Source: the human T2T-CHM13v2.0 reference genome, Homo sapiens. Taken from it: a stretch of DNA of 64,000 nucleotides. Shown in pieces: positions 44,431 through 59,210 of the stretch. Position numbers and translations under genes: made by a program. The DNA lies in NCBI RefSeq assembly GCF_009914755.1, contig NC_060928.1; one strand, 5' to 3'. Within the stretch, counting starts at the first letter, position 1. The number at the start of each line of letters is the position of its first letter. The notes beneath the pieces are model-generated. The model was not told where the DNA came from. It made no database searches and was given only the letters and a program-made list of their open reading frames with translations.

Positions 44431-44877
44431 AATGATTTCTTGTCTAATCAGTATTGAAATATTTACATTCTTTGGGCTATTTAAAAATTACTTGTTACTG
44501 AATCATTTTTTGTACAATGTACATAATTTTGTTCTTGTGTAACATTTTGTACTTATAGGTGAATATTGCATTTTTATTCTTAAATTTCATATGCACATAT
44601 CAGAAATTTTTCCTCTGATATATTACTCTAAAATATGTATAATATTTTAAATATGGCAGAATATCTAATTATTTATAAGATTATTTACTTGTTCTTTTTA
44701 AATTTTCTTTGTTATAGAGACCTAATTTCCGAGTCCTCCATCTGTCACTTGTAACTTGAACAGTGTCTCACTAATCTTTCTCTGTCAATCTTGTCACATG
44801 ATTTAATTCTTTTTCTCCTAGGCTGTCTCCCCTCTTTCGCAGGCCACAAAAGATTTTCTTTATATTTTACTTTTTAT

Positions 44878-45122
44878 ATTTTGGGACACAGTCTCTCTGT
44901 GTCACCCAGGCAACTTCAACCTCCTGCACTCAAGGGATCCTCCTGCCTCAGTGTACAGGCATGCACCACCACACTCAGCTAATTTTTACCTTTGTGTGTG
45001 TGTGTGTGGAGACAGGTCTCACTTTGTTGCCCAGGGTGATCTCAAACTCCTAGGCTCAAGTCATACTCCCACCTTGGCCTCCCAAAGTGCTGGGATTACA
45101 GGTGTAAGTCACCTCTCCAGCC
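44878..45122 (-). mobile_element. AluJ with internal deletions
   Basis: Reverse Alu, (TG)n in the linker. Confidence 0.85.
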
Positions 45123-45292
45123 TTCCAAAAGACATTTCTTAATTTTACCTCTCATGTTCGTAAGGTGCACTCTTTAGTAGCTCCCTGAGTAAGAGTGCAC
45201 TGAAGGCTAATACATATAGCCCTTGTGTTCTGAAAAATGTCTTCATTCAACTCCCACATTTGATTGGCAGTTGATTGTGTATAGGATGATGA

Positions 45293-45639
<347 letters not shown>

Positions 45640-46344
45640 ATGTTCTAGCTTCTTGATATCAGCTTCTCCGCATGTGGTATTAGGTTCCATTCTGTCATTC
45701 TCACTCCTGATTTGCTATGTGTAACTTTTTTTCTTCCTGAAGATTTTTCCCAGTCTTAGTGATTCCATGCTTTGGCGTTGCCATTTTTTAATTTACTATG
45801 ACAGGCCCTCAGTGGAGTTTCCACTTGGAAAGTCATGTCTGAGTATGTTCTGAAATTTTTTCTTTGTTTCTTGAATATTTTTGCCTTTTCCTCCTCTTTT
45901 TTGAGAAAATTTGTTTTAGGAATATTGATGCTTTAGATGGATCTTCCCATTTACTTACTTCTTCATCCACTTTTACAGTTTGTTTTCTTTCTCTTCAACT
46001 CCACTGAGATTTTCTCAAATTAAACATCTAAATCTCCTACTGATTTTTCTGCTACCATTGTGTGTGTGTGCATAACTAATTATATGATCTTTTGAATTTT
46101 TTAAAAATATAACATCTTGTTTTAATGTCATGGTACAATATTTTCTTTCTTCCAATATTTCCGAGTGCATCAGTTACTTATTTCTAGGCTACTTTCTTTT
46201 CTGGAAATATCACAGTTTCCACTAAGTACTTTTTGTTTGTTAATTTATTGGGGTTTGGCCTCTGTTTTTCTTATTTGAAACTCTCCTCAAAATCCGGTAC
46301 GTCTTGTCCCTCAGTTTATATTTCAGAATGAGATAGTGACATGG

Positions 46345-46433
46345 AGAGGTGGAGGCAGTGAGCCAAGATTGCATCACTGCATTCCAGCTTGGAAGACAGA
46401 GTGAGACCTTGTCTCAAAATAAAATAAAATAAA
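46345..46433 (+). mobile_element. Alu 3' fragment
   Basis: gcagtgagccaagattgcatcactgcattccagc...(AAAAT)n. Confidence 0.85.
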
Positions 46434-47146
46434 ATTTTTAAACTTCCGGGCCTAAGGAAGAATGATGGGCTTATGAATAATGGGCTTCTCTATAGATAGC
46501 GTGGGTAAAGTTTAGACTTTTTCTTTTGGATAATCACATCTAGCAGCATCTCTCTGGACTGTCTCTTATCCTAGTTAACTTGCCAGAGAAATCCTTTACC
46601 TTCAGGATGGGCCTATCAGTCTGGCTTCTGATACTCACTGACCACAGGAATAATTTAACTAAATCTTCCAGAAATCAAAATTTTCTCTGATGTAAACTGT
46701 TCAGAAAAATCTTCAACCTTTGGAGCCAGTGATTAACTGCTAGTTTTCTGGGTTGGAGGGTAGAGATCAAGAGGTCTGACTTCTTTCAAAATCTTTGGAT
46801 GTGTTCAACTTTTCCCACTCCCAAGCACTCTGTGTCTAACGCAGGCTTCCTCCGTTTTCTGAGACCTGCTTGGAATCTGCCATGGACATTGACCAGTGTC
46901 CTGGTTTCCGTCTCCCCTTACCCTTCTCCCACTGGTAGGATGTTAGCCTTTAACTTTTTCCCACCTGCAGGTTGCTTGCTATTTCTAACCACTGTCCTTT
47001 TCATTTTTGCATCCTCTCTTTTCATTTTTTCTGTCTTTGTAAGGCTGTTTTTTCACATCTTTGCTATAATTTCAGTGAGGTTTCTTTGGTGGCTCCAAAG
47101 TGATATGTGAGACCAATCTAGTACATTTACCACAAATTCCTCATTT

Positions 47147-47282
47147 TAGTAATTTTTGTATTTTTAGTAGAGAAGGGGTTTCACCATGTTGGCCAGGCTG
47201 GTTGCAAACTTCTGACCTCGTGATCTGCCCACCTCTGTCTCCCAAAGTGCTGAGATTACAGCATGAGCCACCGCACCCGGCC
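47147..47282 (-). mobile_element. AluS left-arm fragment
   Basis: taatttttgtatttttagtagag...ccgcacccggcc. Confidence 0.88.
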
Positions 47283-47559
47283 AAGAACCAATAATTTTTA
47301 ATGTAGTTCAGTGAATGATAAGCCTAAAGTTTATTAGATCATACTTCAATAATTGAAGCAGTTGGTAGGTGCAGGAACACGCAGACCTATCAAAACAATA
47401 GAATTTAAAATAGAGCCACAGATACAGTATCCATTAGAATTTGGTATGTAAAGGTGTGTGAGGATTTCCTGAAGCTGCTGAAACTCCTGTTCAGTGGTAG
47501 GAGTTCAGAAGCCAAATAGATGATCTATTTATCAGATGAGCATAGAAACAGAATTCCAA

Positions 47560-47868
<309 letters not shown>

Positions 47869-48229
47869 TCAGGTGAGGGACCCTGTATAACTCCTTAGTT
47901 CTGCCAGGGGTTATTGAAAAATAAAAATATTCTTTTAAAGTCTTTTTCACTTTTTTTAATATTGACCAAATAAAATCATCTATGTAAAAGCCTTTTACAA
48001 TTTATTGAATAATATATGGATGCAATATTGTTTAGACTGGAAAAAATTATTTTTTATATAAACAGAGGAAAACTGGGGGTTACATATAAAGTTATAATTG
48101 TTGGTAGAATAAATCACTGGGATTTAGAAGGTAAAAGTCATTAGGTCTTTGCAGGTTCCCACTTCTGTGTATAAATAAATGATTTTCAATAAAATGCAAG
48201 TTATTATTATACATGATTGAGAAGAAGAA

Positions 48230-49050
48230 AGGGAAGAGGGTCAAAGTTTATGTTTTGTCCATTTAAAGATGGAGACTTTTTTGTAACATCAAGGAAAAAT
48301 CAAGGTAAGAAACTGGATATGCGACTGTGGAGCTCATGGATAGGATTCAGTTTTCAGGTGCACATTTTGGGATTCATAAATATAGAAGTCATATTAGAAG
48401 GGATGAGGTTGGAAGAGATCATCCAGGAAGTAACAATGCAGGAAGGAAGATGTCGGAGGACACAAATAGTACATTTAGGAGTTAGGGGAAAAAGATAAAC
48501 AAGCAAGTAAGATGAGAACGCTAGGTAGCCAATAAGGTAAGAGGAAAACCACGGGGTCGTGGATTCCAGAAAGGCAAGTTTGAAAATGATTTAATAGAAG
48601 AGATCAATTAACTGCATCAGATGCTGCTGATATGAAAGAGTAATTTGTAATTTGAGGGCTGAGAATTGATCACTGATTTTAGCCACATGAAGGTCACTGG
48701 TGCCCCTGCCGATGGTTTCAGTGGAGTGGAAAGCATATCCAGCTGATTGCAGTGTCCTCAAAGAGAACAGGAGGAAAGAAGCTGGAGACAGAGAGTATGG
48801 CTTGAAGAGGGAACAGCCAAGTGGAAAGTGGAAAGTAGACAAATGGAGAAGCTGGAGACAGAGAGTATGGCTTGAAGAGGGAACAGCCAAGTGGAAAGTG
48901 GAAAGTAGACAAATGGAGACATGGCCAAAAAAAAAGGCACAATGTTTGTTTTCATAATAGAAATTTTCAGGTATTGTATGCTGATGAGAATAATCCAGGA
49001 AAGAGGGAAAATATTAAATTTCAGGAGAAGGAGCGATTGCTGGAGCAGTT
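48230..49050 (-). mobile_element. L2 remnant
   Basis: Purine-rich antisense L2 wording (ctggatatgcgactgtggagctca, tgaaggtcactggtg, gtttcagtggagtgg). Confidence 0.65.
48778..48919. repeat. Perfect 70-bp tandem duplication
   Basis: gaagctggagacagagagtatgg...gtagacaaatgga at 48778 and 48848. Confidence 0.95.
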
Positions 49051-49859
49051 GAGCATTGATGGTCTCATAGATAACTGAGAAGGTTGACTCAGTATGATAG
49101 AGTCATGCTGAACACTCTGGGTTCCAAACTCTAGCATGCAGATGTTTTATTCTAACCAGTAACTAAACTGGCTCATAGAAGGAAGGAATAATAAGCTTTT
49201 GGTAAATTATAAATTATTGTTTCTCTAACTTTATTTGGTTTAAATTAAACTGTTAGCAGGTACACAGACTGCTCTGTTATCTCAATGGTCTACGAAGTTT
49301 ATCAGTAGGCATTAAAAAACAGCCTGTCACATTTTATTTATCTGTTGGAAGTATCTCAGTTGCCAGGCGATAACGCTGAGAATTTGATTAGGTGACTCAA
49401 TTTCCTTTTAAGATGACTCACCTAATATAGGAATACAGAAAATTCCAATTTCTTGGCAAACAGTCTCTGAAATCTCAATTTGATCAACTCTATGAGATTG
49501 ATAAATCTTACCAATTAAAGTATTCATAAGTGTAACTTCACAGTTAATATTTATTCATTTCACACAGGATTTCCAAGTCAGAAATTATTTATATTTGAGT
49601 TATTAAATCCATAAAATTGAAAGAATTCTGCTTTTGAGATAATGCTTTGTAAGATAAATACAAAGTTCTTTTGAGTATAATTTTCAGTTCTCAAAACATT
49701 TTATGAAAATAAAAATGAAGAATTGTTAGAGTGACATCATATAAAAAATTATTTAGATGGAAGAAAACCATTTATCAATTAATAGTACTTGCCTTCTGCC
49801 TCCAAATTGTTCAGTGCTGCATTTATTATTTTAAAACAAGAAAAAAAGGCATTCTCCCT

Positions 49860-50706
<847 letters not shown>

Positions 50707-51408
50707 CGCCATCCTCAAAGATTATCAGATAAATTAGTTAAATACTCAATGTTAAAGCTAGCTACAATTTCAAGCAATTTTTATAGAAAGAAGGGATGCA
50801 AATAAATATAATTAGTAACAAATATCTAAAGTTAGCTTCTACCTGCTGGAAGAAATCTGAGAATAATTTTGTCAAATATGGTATTTCTTTCTTTGACAGG
50901 AATACTTGGCTCATTCTCAGGACCTACAAAAGATATTTGATAGTGTTTCTAATGATTACTCTGTGGAAAAGACATGAGATCAATTCTAATAAAATTAGGT
51001 AGGTTAGTAAAAAGTTTCACAAGACTTGCCGTCAATTCAGAAGGAGTTCTAACTGCATACAAACTTGGAATGAATTCTAAAGATGTTGAATGATAGAATC
51101 CGAATTCAAGATATATTTGATTAAATAGAGCATAATTTTCTCTGCAAATACCTGTCCAGCTGGACACACTGTGAATACAAATTTCCATGTTCAATACATA
51201 TAGAAATATCACTCTCAGCTTTTGAAGAGTTAACAGGTAAAAAATCTGTTACATTTAAAGTAAAAAATAGTTTTACACTTTATATTTTTCTGACCATGAG
51301 GCTAAATTTTGGTTCCTCTTTTGTGAAATTATTCCCTTCCTAGAGAATAAGCATGCAAGATAGGCTTTGTAAACTTGAAAACTGAATGGAACTTAAAAAG
51401 ATGGAATA

Positions 51409-51827
51409 TGACATAGTTTGGATATCTGTCTTTACCTAAATCTCATGTTGAACTGTAATCTTCGATGCTGGAGACAGGGTCTGATGGGAGGTGTTTGTGC
51501 CATGGGTGCGGATTCCTCATGGCTTCGTGCTGTCTTTGCGATAGTGCGTGAGTTCTCATGAGATCCCGTCTTTTAAATATGTGTGGCACTTACCCCACCA
51601 CTCACTTGCTCCTTTGCTTCTGCTTTTGCCATGTGATGTGCCTGCTCCCTCTTCACCTTCTGCCACAATTGTAAGCTTCCCGAGGCCTCCCCAGAAACCA
51701 AGCAAGTGCCAGAACCATGCTTCCTGTAAAGCCTACAGAGCTGCAAGTCAATTAAACATCTTTTTAAAAAAATACATTATCCAGTGTTGGGTATTTCTTT
51801 ATAGCAATGCAAGAATGACCTTATCCA
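51409..51827 (+). mobile_element. MSTA-like MaLR solo LTR
   Basis: TG..CA ends, 5-bp TSD GAATA; tgtaagcttcccgaggcctccccag. Confidence 0.88.
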
Positions 51828-51889
51828 GAATATCATGATCATAACAACAAATTTAGGAAATGTATATAGCTTAGCAGAAGTGAAAAAAG

Positions 51890-52240
51890 ATAAACAACTG
51901 AATTGGTAGTAAATTCAACACGAGTACCAGGTAGTGAAATAGCTGTCAAAACACCTGGCATTTGTTGCACTTCATTATAACTATAAATCCATTAGAAGAC
52001 AGTTGAGATCAATGCTCTACAATACATTAATGGAAAATTCCTAGAGTAGCTTTGTTCTGGTTTCTTCATTATAAAAATGATATTGGCAAACAGGCTTAAG
52101 TTTATAGAAAATCAAATGGCTGATGAGGACATTTAATCCACACCATTTCAGAAACTTGATAAATATGGAAAAAGATCCTCAGAAGGGACTTGATTTCCAG
52201 TGACAGGAAGTTTTTAGCTATCAATTGAATGACAGCTATG
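51890..52240 (+). mobile_element. L3/CR1-like LINE remnant
   Basis: Distant resemblance to the recalled L3 3' ORF2 (aacacgagt..cagg..gtg..gctgtcaaaa; ctagagtagctttgttc; gatattggcaaac). Confidence 0.45.
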
Positions 52241-52771
52241 TCTTTGGCCCCAAACCATGGACCCACGTATATCAGAGGCATTTATAAGATCACATAAAGA
52301 TGCTGGCTTTACATTTACAGAAGTTGGCCGTACTGTTCCTCCACTTTATCACTTTTGACCTGTTTTTTAATTCTATGCCTTTTTGATTTCAGTATAACCA
52401 AGCGTTACCTCTTGGCTCGCTTCGTTTTGCTTAAGCCATATTCACATTATTTTTCTCTTAGTTTGACCTTTAGTACATCACAGAATGACTTTCTGATTTG
52501 CCTTTAGGTCCTTTGCACCGCTGCTACTGTAGGAGGCACTCCCATCTCCATCTCTTTCTCCTAGCCTGCTAGAAACAAGAGCTCTCTCCACTTAGCATTT
52601 TCACTGGAATGGGGTTTATTGTGGTTTAAGAATCTGATAGGGGTTTGAAAAGGTTGTTCTTGAATGTCTTTATCATTTTACATTAAAAGTGACTTCGACA
52701 GATTGAATGTTACATAGGCACCACTATCTTCTCTACATCTTCCTCCTGTGAGACAGATCTGTCTTCCTAAT

Positions 52772-54900
52772 ACATCAAAGGTGCTGCCAGTTGACAACGA
52801 TCTTGAAACCGTCTATATCTGGCTAGGTGTTTTCCAACACGGAAAAGTGTGATCATTGGCAATGAACAGGGAAATAAGACAATTCTAAGTCATATTGCTA
52901 CATTGACAGAATGATTGATCACTGTTGCTGGAAAGAATCATGTTTCAGTGAAGCCCACCAACAGCTTCTGGTGCCAAGCAGATGACTGGATGTAGATTTG
53001 GTTATATAACAGCCCATTCAGGTAAGAAGCAATGGCTATCCATGATAGTGAATGATATGTAATGTGCCCAGTTCCAGGTGGAGAGCAAGGGAGAGAACAA
53101 AAGCATCTCCCCAGAAGAGGTAATTTCTATGATTTTGACAAAGATACAGAAAACTTCAGAAGCCTATCATAGTTGTTGTCACAGAATCACCGACGTTAGT
53201 AACTTTCCAGTGTTATGAAGACACTTGCTTAATTGCTGCATTTATTGTGACTAAAATCCCCAATCAGCCAACTGTCACTGTTATTGATCATAATTTGGAC
53301 AAAATATTGAGGCCCAAAAGTGTGTTGATTTTTAAAAAGTGTGTTGGCGTTGGTTTGTGACCTTAAACGTGGCACCTTGATATGTTCACCCTTACTATTG
53401 AGGACAAAATATTTAAAACCAAGTCTATAACTAGGTACACCCACTTGGGTGGACAATCCAATGCTTAACCATTTCATCACCAAGATGAAATACAATCCCA
53501 AAACGACAAAACTGAGACAAAATGCTGCTTCTTGACTCTGCATAGTTCACAAACATGTTAAAGTACTCTATCAACATTCAGACCAATATTGAGAAACATT
53601 TCTTCTATAAAGAAGTCTACATTTTGAAGGATTGAAAACTGATGTAAAGACAAACACCCCAAACCCCATAAAGAAAGCTTTATACCTGGCAAGTCATAGA
53701 GTCAAGGCAGTATGTGTATTCCCAAGTTCCAGAAATCTTTGCAAGATTCGTGCAATAGTAAGTAATTAAACCAGAGTATGAGCCACAATACATCTGTTTT
53801 TGATGGAGCAGTTGAACAGGAAATCTAGTTGTCAGTGCAGACAGTTGAGATCAGTGCTCTACAATACATTAATGGAAAATTCCTAGAGTAGCTTCGTTCT
53901 GGTTTCCTCATTAAAAAAATGATATTGGCAAAGAGGCTTATGTTTATAGTTTTTCATTATAAGTGAAAAAATGTTAGGCTTTTCTGTATCTGGACATCAC
54001 TCATGTTTCCCTTGGTATTAAAATGGATAATGAAGACATAATTGTTGTGATCAAACATAATGCCCCATTTCCACCAAGGAGACACAGACCTTACATTCTG
54101 ACAACTGTTTGAATTTACAAAGATGAGGAAGCAATGGTGAAGGGAAAATCTTAGTTGGAGAGTCTGACATTTGAGGCATTTCTCATGAGTATCATAGCAT
54201 TCTTCAGATTGAAATCACCTTTGATGCTAATGCCTGTGGCATCCGTAAGGTGTCTGTGGTGAATCAAAGCATAGGAAATGAAGCAAGAATTATAATCACC
54301 ATTGACGATGGCTGAGTAAGGAATACACTGAGCAGTTAGTTGAGGAGACAGAAGTACAGCCACTAAGGATGAAAGGCACGGAGACTGAGATGCCTTCCAA
54401 GACCTTAATTGAATCTTACACATTCAGTATGAACACCACAGGAGACAGTCAAAAACCCCAAGGGAAGATCAATGATAAGAATAAGTGAAAGATGTTTGAC
54501 AAGTGCATTAAATTATCAACTGGCTGGACAAAATTCAGACTTCAGGGAGGATGAATTTGAACATTGGAAGAATGACCCAGTAAAGATCCTCAAATCATTA
54601 ATTATCAGCAGTTTCCAATTCAGGGGATACGTCAGGCAGGACATCTAGCAGCTTCTCAGGGGACAGAGCTCCTTCTAGAAACACTTCTCTGCATCCACTA
54701 TGGATAACGGCCAATCTTCCAGTTAGTAAAAATATTTTAAGGAAACAATTTTTTGCAAATTCATTCATGTCAATTGAACCATATGTAATACATTCACCAT
54801 GTCTTAAAGCTATTGGGCATTTTCAATACTTCACATACATAGAAAATGCTAGTCACATTGTGCTTTTTCAGTATTTATGTAAACAAACATGCAGAAAATT
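52772..54900 (+). pseudogene. Ancient intronless HSP70 (HSPA8/Hsc70-like) processed pseudogene with 3'UTR remnant
   Basis: Collinear with recalled HSPA8 mRNA: ggtgttttccaacacggaaaagt (GVFQHGKV), aatgaacagggaaa (N.QGN), ccagaagagg (PEE), cacccacttgggtgga (THLGG), tttcccttggtatt (SLGI), gacacagacctt..tctgacaac (TQTF..SDN), atcacctttgatgctaatg, attatcaactggctggacaa (IINWLDK); 3'UTR tgggcattttcaatactt; many indels and stops. Confidence 0.9.
53839..53949 (+). repeat. 111-bp dispersed copy of 51997-52107 inserted in the HSP70 pseudogene
   Basis: Ungapped, 6 mismatches in 111 bp. Confidence 0.95.
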
Positions 54901-55208
54901 TAACAGTGCTGGGGAAGTGGAAATTAGGGAAAAGAAGGTGGATTTATCCCTGCCCTTTTAAAGTAACAGATATTTCTAAAAGTGTTGGAAGAATAAATGT
55001 TTTCTAACAGCACTCCTGCAACATAATTTAAAAACATAAATTACTGAGATTATGACCTGAGTTAAACCAATCTATAAATCTGTCTAGAAACTATCATGAT
55101 AAGTGGATATAAAATGTATTCTTTTAAGGTATTAATACAGAAACATACATAATTTATGTAATAATTACTGATGGCCATCAGGTAATGTGCTATATGTGTA
55201 TCACTTAA

Positions 55209-55638
<430 letters not shown>

Positions 55639-55791
55639 AGTTACCACCATGTTATAGATGAACATACTGAGGCCCAGAGAGGACAGGGTTCTTGATGAAA
55701 GTTACCCACTCGAGAAGTGCTAACCTAGAATAGAAAATCAGCCAACTTGATTCTAGAGTTCAAGTCTTTTGTGGGTTTTTTTTTTGATAGG

Positions 55792-55853
55792 AGCGGAGGT
55801 TCCAGTGAAAACTGGGAAACTTGCTAGACAAATTTTAAGAGAGCTGTAGCACT
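55792..55853 (-). pseudogene. U7 snRNA retropseudogene (RNU7-type)
   Basis: Minus strand agtgctacagctctcttaaAATTTGTCTAGcaagtttcccagttttcactggaacctccgct matches U7 with its Sm site; followed by an A tract; TSD CTA(G/A)AGTTC(A/G) at 55753 and 55854. Confidence 0.9.
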
Positions 55854-58389
55854 CTAAAGTTCGTGTTCCTAACCGATTTTTCCATTTCTCTTTATATCAT
55901 AATGTATGTGAACAGTTTTCTGTCTTCATCTGTTATTGAATAATAGTTGTTACCTATTGAGCATTGTATTTACATAACATCGTTTTCCATTGCTATTAAA
56001 ATTACTTACCAATCTTTAGACGATTCATCTACAGTAATACTACTGACTACAATTCAATTGAACTGTCAAAAAATCATAATTTCCCCCAAATTACTGAAAA
56101 TACAATGTTGTATTTTACACTAAAATTCTTTTGAAAAAGTGAATGATGTTAAGTTCATATGTTCACTAATATGACACAGTCTCTTTAATTTTCCAAGATA
56201 GGCTTGAGGAACAAACAAGGTGGAAATTCCCTTTCTTTTCTTTCCTTTTTTTTTTTTGGTGTGGCACAGTATCACAAGGTCAGGAAAGCCACCAACCTAA
56301 ATCGCATGTTTAGAAACGCTGAAATGGAAGCTCTGAGTTCCCTGGAGGGGTCACTAGCCACCAGAAAGGCTGTCTTTTGAGTGAGATTTGTGACTGAGAT
56401 CTGGACAATCTATGTCCATTAAAGACCCCCCCACAACCCACACAGCTTCTGATCAATGTTGTCGCCAGTGTTGTCACATATTTAAATGGTACTGTAAGCC
56501 CTGCAATGAGGATTGTATCATTTATCTCACATTAAGGTTAAGAAGCTAAATTAAAAATCTGCCAAGAAATGTGACATTCATGCCCAATGCTTTACTTTCA
56601 GTTGTCTTTCCTTCCTATATTACTTGATGTGAAGTTAAAGTGGGAAGATATTTGCAATAAACGGTGCATAATATTCTCAAAAAGTCAAAGTGTTATTTCA
56701 TAAATTGGGACTATTTAATGGTAAAGTGTGAGAAACTAAAAATTCTCAGATAAAATTATTCACTCCAAATATCAGTCACTAACAAGATGGAAATACTCTA
56801 TTAAAGATGATAGTTGTCGCTGGAACTGTAGGAAATCAAATGTATATGCAATTTAAATGTAAATAGGGCACATACTTTGGTCCTGTCCATGAATACAGAC
56901 CTTATAAAAAAAACTTGTCACTCAGTTTAAAGAAAACATGCTAGATTTGGCAATGCTGAAAACATCCAACAACTGGACTTTGGGCTTTCTACAGTCCATT
57001 AATTTTGAATGCCCGCAGCACAGGAAACTGAGTAGTAACATCAGTGTTAAAGCTATAGAGAGTTTTAACAGTGACAAAATTCACTGCTTCAAGTTTAAAG
57101 GCTTGCTTTTGTGGGTGTGGCAATTAATTTATTTGAAATTATAACAGAATTTATGATATGTCCTCTCAGGAATAAGAAATTGGGAATAATCATAATAATA
57201 TTCTGGGGCAGAGGACCTCTGTTGAGTATCGAAGAATGTGACTGCCATTTTGAAGAATGGTCTGCTTTAAGGGGTTATTCTGTTTACTCCTAACAATTTG
57301 GTAATCACATATATATTGTAATATCATCTGAATTTGGAAAAAAATCTTATTTATCATGTCTTGTTTCTTTCTATATTGCTTCTCCTTTTTACATTTTTAT
57401 TAACTCATTTTTTTCCAGATGATTTGAATTTTACTGAGAATTAAGAAATGTGCATTTAAAAATCACCTGGGCAGTTACAATTATGGTGATATATAAAATA
57501 ATTTCAATCACAATAGGTATCATAATTGTATTATCATTAGTTCTCCAAGAAAAAACTTGTTCCTCCCTTGAATATAAACCATTGATATTAGGATTATGTG
57601 TTTTTAATGGAAAATAAAGTCTTGTAAGCTTAGCCTTTCTTTTTCTTAAAGGCTAATTTATGTTCCACCACAAATGTTCTGATCAATCATACTGCACTTG
57701 TGGGCAATGAAAGAATGTAGATGAGAACGGCTCTTGGTAAAGTGAAATCATTCTTTTACTTTTTACTCATAATAATTTGTTTCATAAGTTTGTAAGACAG
57801 CATTTTGGGTCCCAGTCACCTGCCATGAAACTTAAAATGTTGGTCAAAATTACAATGAGGACCAAATTGTGAGTATGGAGAATTTTAAATGGAATTAAAA
57901 ATATAATAATACCACTATTGAAGGGGATGTATTGATGCATTGTGCTATCTTTCATATTTTAAAATCACAGAGAAATATATATAATAATATGTGCTATTCT
58001 TGAATAATGTTAATATTACAATTTAAGTAAAAAATCAATGGGATGTGTTCAGTATGACATTTATATTTATGAGATATATTTATAATAGTTTAATAATAAT
58101 GTATGATTTTTATATTTACAATAATATTAACAAAAAGCCTTTGCTTAAAAGGAATTTGTTCTGATACCCTTGAAAATACCACTTTTGACAAAAAAAAGTA
58201 AAATCCAATAGCAATACAATAAAATGGCATATTGACATTTAATGGTGTTATTTTAATTTGTAAGATTATGCTAAAATGAACAAATATGAATAAATAAAAA
58301 TGAACATTCTATTTCCAAATTTTGCTACTGTTTTAGTATTACCAATTCATATCCATTTTAGAAAAGAGGTAATATAAAATTTATAATTT

Positions 58390-59210
58390 AAAAAATTGTT
58401 TCTTATTGAGGTAAAATTTACATATCTCATCTGCACAGATCTAGAGTGTTGATTTTGGTACATTTTGATAAATATATAAACTCATGTAATTAGCATCTCA
58501 ATCAAGATCTAGGGTGTTTTCAAGGTCCTAGAAAGCGTCTTCGTGCCTCTGCTGGTCAGCTCCCATGGCCCAAAGGCAACCGCAGCTTATTTCTATCATG
58601 ATGCATTTGTTTCGCTTATTCTTACCTTCTTTCCATTAGCATCACCAACTTAAGACAATGCTTTGAAAGTCATTCCTGTTGGTGCATTTATCAGGATTCC
58701 TGCGTAGTGTTCCACTGTCTGAAATGCTATTATTTCTAGATACTGTCCTATTTAGATATTTTGGGTCAACCCAATTTTTTAAAAAGTTTATAAATATAGC
58801 TGTTATGAACAGTCTCAAACAAGTCTTTTGGTGGTACTGTTAGTAAAGACAGAGTTTCACCGTGTCGGCCAGGCTGGTCTCAATCTCCTGACCTCATGAT
58901 GCACCTGTCTCAGCCTCCCAAAGTGCTGGGATTACAGGTGTGAGCCACCGCACCTGGCCTTGTTTTATTTTTGTTTTGTTTTCTTTTGTTTTTGTTGTTG
59001 TTTTTTAAGATTAGTACCTAGAAATGGAATTTCAAGGTCATAAGGTCAATATATGTTTAACTTTAGAAGCAACTGCCAGTTTTCTACAGTCATTATGCTA
59101 AACTGCAATTCCACCAGCAGGGGCAGAGAGTTCCTTTTGCTCTGTATTCACAAAACCTTTTTGGATTTTAGACTTTTTTCATCCATACTAGTGAGTGTGA
59201 AATAGTGTGT
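58390..59210 (-). mobile_element. L1M (MC/MD-like) 3' remnant interrupted by an Alu fragment
   Basis: ttattgaggtaaaatttacatat...; tacctagaaatggaatt..ggtcataagg..tatatgtttaacttt. Confidence 0.7.
58840..58959 (-). mobile_element. AluS left-arm fragment
   Basis: ttagtaaagacagagtttcaccg...gagccaccgcacctggcc. Confidence 0.88.

Noticed and set aside
53229-54423. Minus-strand ORFs of 104 and 90 aa over the HSP70 pseudogene
   Set aside because: Antisense chance ORFs with no recognisable similarity.
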